NCBI RefSeq assembly: GCF_963921235.1
Contig: NC_086097.1
Coordinates: 28,150,001 to 28,214,000 of the forward strand
DNA: 64,000 nt
From: Mobula hypostoma
Lineage: Eukaryota
Reading direction: 5' to 3'
The position numbers were made by a program, and so were the translations under genes. Position 1 is the stretch's first letter. Every line of letters begins with the position of its first letter. Of this stretch, positions 49,296 to 59,542 are shown in pieces. The notes below the pieces were generated by a model that made no database searches, was not told where the DNA came from, and saw only the letters and a list, made by a program, of their open reading frames with translations.

Positions 49296-50083
49296 ATCTG
49301 GCAGCACGCTCAGAATTAGTGGCCTCTCCAGAGCCAAGCAAAGGTGTTTTTGTTGTTTTTAAATGTCTTTTTGACGATTGCAAGACGGTGCTGGTCTTTA
49401 AGAAGTTCGGGTACTGCAGGTCTACCCGATCAGTGAGTTGCTCGTTGGTGGAGGAACTGGAGGAGTTGGTCTTGGTGCGGACTGTGTTGCTGTGTGTTTC
49501 AGGAAGGCATCAAGGGCATCAGAGCTGGTGTGCGAAGACACCATGCAGTGTAATGGTGGGTGACTGCCTTGGATGTTTCTCTTGCAATTGCATCACCCTG
49601 TTGGACATTGATAACATAAGATGCCACAGGCCATTTCCCTTGTTTGTCAGAGTGACAGACAGCGGGAGAATTGTGTGGCCTTACTTGTAGTGAAATTAGG
49701 CTTCAAGCCACAGGCTTGCCTGTTGTTGCAGTCCAGGAGAGGAGATGCTGGAGGTGGTGTAGCACGGTGTCCATGCCTGGTTTGAGGCTGGTCTCTCCCA
49801 TCGGTGCTGCCCTCCAGTGTTTGATCTGTGGAATGATAAGTCGGATTGCATGCGTGCGTCGTTTGACTTGGACTGCTGGGAACTGCACTATCAAATTGCC
49901 AGACTTGTCATTCAGAAACATGAGCTCTATATCTATTTTTTTGCATGACTGCATGTTTGCTTGCTGTCTTGAATGTGCTGTGTGTGCCTTGTGCTGTCTA
50001 TGTTTTGGACCTTGGCCCCAGAGGAACACTGTTTCATTTGGCTGCATTTGTTTATGGTTGAATGATAACCAAAATTGAACTTG
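49296..50083 (+). mobile_element. Unclassified non-autonomous retroelement with LINE-like 3' tail
   Basis: Homologous to 19030-19391 and ends in (TTGAAC)n. Confidence 0.6.
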
Positions 50084-50420
50084 AAGGAGAGTTAGTGCAT
50101 GTTGTTTATTTGGATTTTCAGAAGGCGTGTGACAAGGTGCTGCACATGAGGCTGCTTAACAAGATGAGAGCCCATGGTATGACAGGAAAGATACTGGCAC
50201 AGATAGAGCATTGGCTGACTGCCGGGAGGCAAAGAGTGGGAATAAAGGGAGCACTTTCTGATTGACTGCTATTGACTAGTGATGTTCTGCGGGAGTAAGT
50301 GTTGAGATCACTTCTTTTGACGTTGTATATCAGTGATTTGGAGGCAGAATTGTTGGCTTTGTGGCCAAGTTTGTACATGATATGAAGATGGGAGGAGGAG
50401 CAGGTAGTGATAAGGAAACA

Positions 50421-51189
50421 TAAACACAAAGTACTCTGCAGATGCTGGGGTCAAAGCAACACTCACAACACGCTGGAGGAACTCAGCAGGTCGGGCAGCA
50501 TCCGTGGAAACGATGAGGCGACGTTTCGGGCCGGAACCCTTCGTCAGGACTGAAGAGGGAAGGGGCAGAGGCCCTATAAAGAAGGTGCGGGGAGGGTGGG
50601 AAGGAGAGGGCTGGTAGGTTCCAGGTGAAAAACCAGTAAGGGGAAAGATAAAGGGGTTGGGGAGGGGAAGCAGGGAGGTGATAGGCAGGAAAGGTGAAGA
50701 AAGAATAGGGGAAAGCACAATGGGTAGTAGAAGGAGGCGGAACCAAGAGGGAGGTGGTAGGCAGCTGGGGGAGGGCAGAGTGACATAGGGATAGGGGAAG
50801 GGAGGGGGAGGGAATTACCGGAAGTTGGAGAATTCTATGTTCATACCAAGGGGCTGGAGACTACCTAGACGGTATATGAAGTGTTATTCCTCCGTCCTGA
50901 GTTTAGCCTCATCATGACAGTAGAGGAGGCCATGTATGGACATATCTGAATGGGAGTGGGAAGCAGAGTTGAAGTGGGTGGCTACCAGGAGATCCTGTCT
51001 GTTGTGGCGGACAGAGCGGAGGTGCTCAACGAAGCTGTCCCCCAATCTGCGTCGGGTTTCACCGATGTAGAGGAGGCCGCACCGGGAGCACCGGATGCAA
51101 CAGATGACCCCAACAGACTCACAAGTGAAGTGTTGCCTTACTTGGAAGTACTGTTTGGGGCCCTGAATGGTGGCAAGAGAGGAGGAAGA
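50421..51189 (-). mobile_element. Young Penelope-like element 3' end (GIY-YIG + terminal repeat)
   Basis: VICCIRCSRCGLLYIGETRRRLG..F.EHL and 12-bp TSD GATAAGGAAACA (50409-20, 51190-201). CpG-rich. Confidence 0.92.
50516..50552 (-). ncRNA. Minimal type I hammerhead ribozyme motif
   Basis: Minus strand CAGTC-CTGACGA-AGGGTTCCGGCCC-GAAAC-GTC-GCCT. Stem II is GGGU/GCCC, stem III is palindromic ACGU, and stem I has one mismatch. Confidence 0.75.
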
Positions 51190-51454
51190 GATAAGGAAAC
51201 AACAAGGAGGCTGCAAAAGGACTGAGACGGATTAGGGAGTGGGCAAAGAAGTGGCAAATGGAATGCAGTACATGATCATGCACTTTTGTAGAAGGAATAA
51301 AAGCATTGGCTATTTTTTAAACGGGGAGAAAATTCAAAAATCAGAGATGCAAGGGGACTTGGGAAACCTCGTGCAGGATTCCCTGAAGGTTAATTTGGAG
51401 GTGAGGAAGGCAAATGCAATGTTAGCATTCATTTCAAGAGGACTAGAATATAGT

Positions 51455-53430
51455 CCTTGATCCCTGCTACTCTCCCTTCTGCAATGCCTACAAAGCACTT
51501 CTCCGCCTTCCATTTGGAAAGTCTGACCATTCATCCATTTTGCTTCTGCCTGCCCATAGGCGTAAATTGAAGCAGGAAGTGGCCATAGTGAAAACTATGC
51601 ACTGCTGGTCCAATCAATCAGACTCAATGTTACAAGACTGCTTTGGTAGATTCACCTGGGAGGTATTTTGAGCTGAGAACATCTCCGAATACACAGAGGT
51701 GGTCACCAGCTTCATTCGGAAGTGCATTGAAGATATTGTTCCCTAAAAATTGGTCCGGGTCTGCCCAAACCAGAAGCCTTTGATAAATAGTTCAGTGCGT
51801 GTTGCTCTCAGTGCAAGGAATAAAGCCTTTGCCTGTGGAGTCCAACAGGAGCTGAAGAAATGCCACTGTGATTTCCGTGAAGCTATCAAGGTGGAAAAAT
51901 GGCAAAACAGGGACAAAATCCAGTCACGACTCTGCAACAATGACACAAGGACTGCACACCATCGCAGACTTCGAGAGGAAACGCAGCAGTACAGCCAACA
52001 TTGCCGCCTGGCTCCTGGATGTTCTAATTGTTTTTTACGCTCGATTCAAGGTTGATAGGACTGAACCCCCGAGGTGAGCTGCCGGCAAGACCTGCACCGT
52101 GGTCATCTCTGAGGCCGAGGTACGTAGAACATTCCAATGTGTCAACAGCCGCAAGGCAGCGTGGCCGGACGGCATCCCAGGGTGCGTCCTTAAAGTGTGT
52201 GCTGAACCGCTGGCTGGTGTGTTTATGGACACTTTTAATCTCTCCCTCTCCCAGTGTGTAGTGCCCTCCTGGTTCAAATTGTCCGTCATTGTCCCAGTAC
52301 CTAAGAAAACCAAGGAAACATGCCTGCACGATTGGCGCCCTGTCACACTCACCTCAATTATAAGCAAATGCTTTGAGGGGCTGGTTAAAGACGACATCTG
52401 CAGCATGCTACCATCCACACTGCACCCCCTTCAATTTGCCTACCAACAGAACTGGTCTACCAATGGCGCCATAGCCACAGCACTACACACTGTCCTCACC
52501 CACTTGGAAAGAGGGATGCGTACATTAGAATGCTGTTCCTGGACTACAGTTCAGCATTCAACACCATAATTCCCTCCAGACTTGACAGGAAGCTCAGAGA
52601 CCTCGACCTGCATCCCACATTGTGCAGCTGGATCCTAGACTTCCTATTGATCGCCGACATATGGTAAGGATGAGCTCCCTCACCTCTGCCCCTCTTTCCC
52701 TCAACACAGGTGCCCCCCAGGGTTGTGTCCTGAGTCCCCTTCTCTACTCCCTCTACACCCACGACTATACTGCCACACACAGCTCCAGATGACACGACTT
52801 TGATCAGCCTTATTTCTACGGTAATGAGACAGCCTACAGAGGAGAGGTTGACACCCTGACACAGTGGTACCAGGATAACAATCTCTCCCTCAATGTCCAA
52901 AAAACAAAAGAGGAACGGAGACAGGCTCTGCCCGACCAACATCGACGGGTCTGCAGTTGAGAGGGTGAGCAGTTTCAAGTTCCTGAGTATACACATCACC
53001 GATGATCTCACCTGGACTGTACACACCAGCTTTGTGGAAAAAAATAGCACAGCAGCGTCCCTTCCACCTCAGGCAACTGCAGAAGTTCGGCATGGCCCCC
53101 AAATCCTCAAGACCTTCTACAGGGGCACCATTGAGGCATACTGACTGGCTGTATCACTGCCTGGTACAGGAACTGCACCAACCTTAATCACTGGGCAATG
53201 CAGAGAGTGGTACAGACAGCCCAGTGCGTCTGGGATGAGAACTGAACTCCAGTGAGAACACTTACAGCAGCAGGTACAGAAAGAAGGCCTAGAAGATCAT
53301 TGGGGACACCAGTCATCCCGGCCATACACTGTTTCAGCTGCTTCCGTCTGGCAAACGCTACCACAGCTCTAAAGCCAGGACCAACAGGCTACGGGACAGC
53401 TTCTTTCTACAAGCCATTAGACTTTTAAAT
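51455..53430 (+). mobile_element. Rex/Babar-type LINE RT fragment
   Basis: [42 protein letters not shown] and VERVSSFKFL. Confidence 0.88.
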
Positions 53431-54164
53431 TTCAGTTGGCTCTTCTTGTGTAGTGGGACCACACATGATGTTTACCACACAGTTGTGACCCTTTCCAGGC
53501 CGAGACGCAGAAAGGCTTATCATATGAAGAGTAATTAATGGCTCTGTGCCTCTACTCACTGGAATACAGAAGAATGAGGTGTGCCCTCATTGAACCATAT
53601 CCAATTTTGAAAGGCCTGGATAGAGTGGATGCAGAGAGCATGTTTCTTATGCTGGGGGAGTCCAGGACTGGGGGCACAACCTCATAATAGAGGGACATCC
53701 TTTTAGAACGGAAATGAGGAGGAATTTCTTTATCCAGAGGGTGGCGAATCTGTGGAATTCATCGCCACGGGCTGCTAAGGAGGCCAAGTCATTGGGTATA
53801 TTTAAGGCAGAGGTTGATAGATTCCAGATTAGTCAGGGTGTGAAAGGTTTAATGGCGAGGAGGCAGGAGAATGGGGTTGAGAGGGAAATGGATCTGTCAT
53901 GATGAAAGGGTGGAGCAGATTTGATGGGCTAAATGGCCCATTTCTGTTCATATATCTCATGGCCGTATGGTCTTATAATCCACTCAGAGACCTGCAAAGT
54001 TGAAATTCATACAGTTATACAGCAGAGAAACAGATCCTTAGGCCAACCATGTCCAACTTCTGCATCATCTCCAAGCTTGCTAATTATATCTCCTATGCTC
54101 ACATCAAAGCTGTTAATATACAGTATTTGTCAGACAGCAAAGATCCCAACACACCACCAGTCAC

Positions 54165-54525
54165 GGACTATAAGGCATTGGAGCAGAATTAGGCCATTCA
54201 GCCCATCGAGTCTGCTCCGCCATTCAGTCATGGCTGATTTAATTTGCTTCTCAATCCCGTTCTCTTGGCTTCTTTCCATAACCTTGATACCCTTTCTAAT
54301 TAAGAACCTTTCAACCTCTGCTTTTAATATACCCAGTGATTTGCTTTCCACAATGACTTCCACAGATTTACCACCCTCTTGCTAAAGGAATTTCTCCTCA
54401 TCTCTGTTCTAAAGGGACATTTTTGTATTCTGAGGCTGTGGCCTCTGGTCCTAGACTCCCCCACTATACAAAACATCCTCTCCATGTCCAATCTATCTAG
54501 GCTTTTCAATATTCGATAGATCACA
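54165..54525 (-). mobile_element. CR1 3' fragment
   Basis: ESRTRGHSLRI...FRTEMRRN.F..RVVNLW. Confidence 0.8.
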
Positions 54526-55386
54526 GACTTCCAATCAGAGAGAAAAAAAAATCATCATTTCACTGCAGTCCTCTAACTCCTAACAGCAAGATAAACATTT
54601 GATCCTCTTCATTCCAGTTTAAGATGGCTCTGCTGAAACCCGCAACTACTAATTGGTGGCAAACAAAAACAAAGAAAACTACTAAATACCTTATTAATAA
54701 CACTTTTTCTAGTAAAATTATGGTAAACGATCACTGCAAACATTGGAGAGGTGGGCGGAGGTGAGAAAGAGTTGAGGGTCAATGCGAGTGAAGAGGAGGC
54801 TGAGTCAAGGGTCGAAGTAAGCGGGTGCAGGGCGAAATTGAGGCAAGGCAAAGTCGGAGCAGGTGGAGGCAAACAAGGCTCCAGAGTATATCAAAATGAC
54901 AGGGCCCACGTCCTAAGGCGAGGATCAGCCGGACGTTTGGACAATTTAGTCGCCACGCCAGATTGAAAAAGCAGGATGTCGGGGCCAGAGGTGAGGCTCC
55001 GGCTGGTTCTGCTCACTGCTCCACAATGTTTACTCAACTGAGGCTGGGGCTGTGACCTGCGCCGGCTGCTCCAGGCTTCGTACCTACGGACTCACTTTCT
55101 TCTGAAAGCAATTTGCTTACTTCTGTTTGCGCAGTTTGTTTTTTCTTCTCTGCATATTGGGTGTTTGACGATCTTCTTTTTAAAATGGATTCTATTGGGT
55201 TTCTTTGTTTAGTGTTTGCCTGTAGGGACATAAATTTCAGGGTTGTCTAATGTATACATATTTTAAATACAATGAACTTTGAACTTTGATCCTATTTGCC
55301 AGATTGCTTTGTGCCTTACCCTTTTCAACCAACCTGCCATGCAGACCTCAAGATAATTATTCTCCCTTGTGTTTTTATCTCAAAAG

Positions 55387-55540
55387 GTTACAAGCAAGCC
55401 AACATTGTGATAGTGAACAAGAAATTTGCCAATGACTTTGAGAAGTTCTGCTTGGCAAATAGTGGACCATTGCCCTTGCTGTACAGGAGCAAGCCTGGTG
55501 AATGGGGAGCTCCACCTCTCAGCTCCAATTCAGACATAAG
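55387..55540 (+). CDS. DGLUCY: D-glutamate cyclase, second coding exon
   Basis: AG/GT-bounded 154-nt exon (phase 1 to 2) encoding (G)YKQANIVIVNKKFANDFEKFCLANSGPLPLLYRSKPGEWGAPPLSSNSDI(R). The QAN..FC..N.GPLPLL motif is typical of DUF1445/DGLUCY. Confidence 0.93.
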
Positions 55541-56114
55541 GTACAAACCTTTGCAATACGTGTGCCATCTCTTAATGAAGTCCTGATGAACGGTCTCAGC
55601 CTGAAACATCAATTGTCCATTTCCCTCCATAGATGCTGCCTGACCTGCTGAGTTCCTCCAGCATTTTGTGTGCGTTGCTCAAAATTTCCAGCATCGGCAG
55701 AATCTCTTGTGTCTCTGTCTCTTAATGTTTCTTACTTAGAAATGACACCATTGTATCTGTCAATCATCTTTTGACTAAAGAAAAGGAAATTTATCACTGG
55801 TAAGGTGAATATAATAGAGTGCAACAGAGACTTTCAACCCGAAATGTCGACAGTTCCTTTCCTCCCACAGATGTTTCTTGATCCACTGAGTTCCTCCAGC
55901 AAGTTGTTTTAATAACAGAGTACACTGTGTACTCAACATCGTCTGTGCTGTCTTCAAGCCACATTTTGTCTAAATGCACGTTTAACTTTAATAACACACA
56001 AAGGTACTGGAGAAATTCAGGAGGTCAGGCAACATCTTTGAAGGGAAACGGACAGTGGACATTTCTGGTCGAGACCCTTCTTCCGGACTGGAGAGGACAG
56101 AAGCCAGATTAAGG

Positions 56115-56720
56115 AGGTAGAGGGAGGGGAAGGAATACAAGCTGGCAGGTGATAGGTGAGACCAGGTGAGGGGGGGAGAGGAAGTACAGCTGGCAGGTGA
56201 TAGGTGAGACCAGGTGATGGGGAAGGTGGGGGAGGGGAAGGAGAACAGGCTGATAGGTGATGGGTGAAACCAGGTGAGGGGAAAGGTGGGGGAAGGGAAG
56301 GAGTACAGGCTGATAGGTGATGGGTGAGACCAGGTGTTGGAGAAGGTGGGGGAGGGGAAGGAGTACAGGCTGATAGGTGATAGGTGAGACCAGGTGATGG
56401 GGAAGGTGGGGGAAGGGAAGGAGTACAGGCTGATAGGTGATGGGTGAAACCAGGTGAGGGGAAAGGTGGGGGAGGGGAAGGAGTACAGGCTGATAGGTGA
56501 TAGGTGAGACCAGGTGATGGGGAAGGTGGGGGAAGGGAAGGAGTACAGGCTGATAGGTGATGGGTGAAAACAAGTGAGGGGAAAGGTGGGGGAAGGGAAG
56601 GAGTACAGGCTGATAGGTGATAGGTGAGACCAGGTGATGGGGAAGGTGGGGGAAGGGAAGGAGTACAGGCTGATAGGTGATGGGTGAAACCAGGTGAGGG
56701 GGAAGGCGGGGTGGAGTACA
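56115..56720. repeat. ~60-bp purine-rich minisatellite expanded inside a Penelope 3' UTR-like segment
   Basis: Unit ~GGAAGGTGGGGGAAGGGAAGGAGTACAGGCTGATAGGTGATAGGTGAGACCAGGTGATGG, about 10 copies, two alternating variants. Confidence 0.92.
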
Positions 56721-57359
56721 AACCGAAAGGTGAAAGCAGATGACAAATAAGGAGATGGGGGAGAGTTAGAAGTACGAGCTGATAGGTGATGGGTGGGGGG
56801 GAGAGGGATGAAATGGAAAATGGGAGGTGACAGGTGCAAAACGGTAAAGGGCTGATGACGAAGTAATCTGATAGGAGAGGAGAGTGGACCGTGGGAGAAA
56901 GAGGAGGAGGAGGGGAACCAGAGGGAGGAGATGAGCAGATGAGAAGGGGTAAACACTTCTTCCCCCTTGCTTGTGTTTTTTCACCCTTCTTTTTTTTTCT
57001 TTTTTTAAAGTCAGGGAGTTACGTTGCAGCTTTATAAAACGCTAGTTAGGCTGCAACTGCAGTATGGCGTACAGCTCTGGTCGCCCCATTGAAAGAAGGG
57101 TGTCGAGGGTTTGGAAGGGTGCAGAAGTGGTTTACCAGGATGCACCTGGTCTAAAGGGCATGTGCTATAATGAGAGGATGGACAAACTTTGTTTGTTTTC
57201 TCTGGAGCGGTGGAACTGAGGGGAGATCTAATAGAGGTTTATAAGATTGTGAGAGGCATACAAAGACAGACTGTATCTTTTCCCCAGGGTTGAAATGTCT
57301 CATACCAGAGAGCATGCAATTAAGGTGAGATGGGGTATTTTCAAAGTAATGCAAAAAGA

Positions 57360-58150
57360 GAGACAAAATACTGAGGTAGTGTTCATATTTCATTGTCCAT
57401 TCAGAAATCTGACGGCAGAGGGGAAGATGTTTTTCCTGAAACATTGTGTGTGTGTTTTCAGGCTGCTGTGCCTTCTCCTGGATGGTAGCTTAGAGAAGAG
57501 GGCATGTCATGAGTGATTGGGGTCCTTAATGTTGGATGCCGCCTTTCTGAGGCACTGCCTTTTGAAGGAGTCTTGGTGCTGGGGAGGCCAGTGCCCATGA
57601 TGAAGCTGTCTGAGTATCATTTTCTGTAGCTTTTTGCGATTCTATGCAGTGGCCTCTCCATACCAGACAGTGACACAACCAGTCAGAATTCTCTCCACAG
57701 CACATCTTTAGAAATTTTCAAGTATCTTTGGTGACATACCAATTCTTCTCAAAGTCCCAATGAAATATTGCCGCTGTCATGCCTTCTTTGTGATTGCATC
57801 GATCTGCTGGGCCCAGGATAGACCCTCGGAGACGTTGACACCCAGGAACTTGAAACTGCTCACCCTTTCCACTCCTTATCCCTCAATGAGGACTGGTGTG
57901 TGCTCCCTCAACTTTGCCTTCCTGAACTCCACCATCAATTCCTTGGTCTTACTGACACTGAGAGCAAGGTTGTTGCTATGACAGCCGATCTATCTTGCTC
58001 CTGGACACCTCCTTATCACCATTTGAAATTCTGCCAATTGTGTCATCAGCAGATTTATAGATGATGTTTGAGCCGTGATTAGCCACATAATCATGGGTGT
58101 AGAGTGTAGGGCAGTGTACTAAGCACGCAACCTTGAGGTGCACCTGTGTT
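57360..58150 (-). mobile_element. Rex/Babar-type LINE 3' fragment
   Basis: Reverse complement of the Rex RT end (YTHDYVA.HGSN.IYK.ADDT). Confidence 0.75.
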
Positions 58151-59282
58151 GTCTCCTGGTGAGGATCCGGTTGCAGGGGGAGACACAAGGGCCCAGATGG
58201 TGTTGCAACCAGTCAGAATGCTTTCCACCACATACCTGTAGAAATTTGCAAAACACTTTGGTAACATCCCGAACCTCCTCAATGTTATATAAAACAAAGC
58301 TAGCGTATCGAAGGAATGCATGAAACAGTACTGTATATGGCTGAATGCATTCTTTATCAGGAGATTAAATTGGGTCTCAGTTTTGACTCTTTTCACCCGT
58401 AGTCCTGTCGGTGAAGGTCCTACCTCATGGTTGGTACATTGACATTATCAGGTACTTTCTTATTTTTTTACCTGAGAGTTCAGCATCACTGGCATGGTCA
58501 ACATTTACTGTACATTAGCCTCCCTTTCTGCCCTAAATAAGGTGTTGTTGTGACACTGGGCTGAAAATTGCATCACTTGCTGTTCCAACTCAGACTGAGC
58601 CAGAATACTAGAGCTTATGAAATCATCTTGAGGTCAGCCTGGGTAATAGAACCATTATCAGATATTGGTGAAGTTTATCTGAGCCATGACCTTTCAGTCT
58701 TAAGGGATGGGAAGGTACCTAACAAAGGAGAAAAATTATCAATACAAGAGATTCTGCAGATGCTGGATATCCAGAGCAACACACATAAAATGCTGGAGGT
58801 CAGGCAGCATTGATAGAGGGGAATAAAGAGTCAACTTTTTAGGTTGAGACCTGACGAGGTGATGAACTGTCTGTTTCTTACCCACCATCGCTGCTGCCTG
58901 ACCTGCTGAGTTCCTCCAGCACTTTGCATGTGTTGCAGAGGGAAAAGTATAATGCTGAAACAATAATCTCTAACCCTTAGGTTAATGTTTAATCTTGTTG
59001 GATATTGGATCCAATCACTAATCGTTTTAAATTACATTTGATAGTTAATATACATTCGATTATAGGATAAGGTCTAACAGCTTCATAGCTGAAGTTAACA
59101 TATCAACTGACTCATGTTAGTGAGGCTTAACTTGGAGTATTGTGTGCAGTTCTGATCAATATATCAATAAGCTTGAAAGAGTACAGAGAAATTTTCCACC
59201 TATCATCTCCCAGCTTCCAATTTCATCCCCCTTCGCACACCCACCTACCTTCCCCACCTCACCTGGTCTCACTTATCACCTG

Positions 59283-59542
59283 CAACACACACAAAATGCT
59301 GGAGGAACTCAGCAAGCCAGGCAGCATCTAGAGAAAAGAGTGCAAGTCAACGTTTTGTGCCAAGACCCTTCATCAGAAGTAAATTGTCGCCATTTCGGGC
59401 TAGGACCCTTCATCAGGTCCTGATGAAGCGTCTCGGCCCAAAACGCCGCCTGCACTCTTTTCCATTGATGCTGCCCAGCTTCCTGAGTTCCTCCAGCATT
59501 TTGTGAGTGTGCTTGGACTTCCAGCATCTGCAGATTTTCTCA
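59283..59542. mobile_element. Inverted pair of Penelope terminal repeats containing three hammerhead-core remnants
   Basis: Arms CACAAAATGCTGGAGGAACTCAG / CTGAGTTCCTCCAGCATTTTGTG, centred on CTTCATCAGGTCCTGATGAAG (59408-59428). Confidence 0.8.

Larger units (their letters stand above)
47570..53975 (+). mobile_element. Old CR1 element fragmented by nested insertions (49296-50083, 50421-51189, 51455-53430)
   Basis: EN (LWVELKN, MGD.N), RT (VYLDFQKA.DKV) and 3' UTR pieces occur in collinear order. Confidence 0.75.

Noticed and set aside
55296..55586. 96-aa ORF as a stand-alone gene
   Set aside because: Only 55387-55540 is exon; the rest is intronic read-through.
55988..56956. 322-aa and 234-aa Pro/Ser-rich ORFs
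   Set aside because: Translation artefacts of the 60-bp minisatellite.
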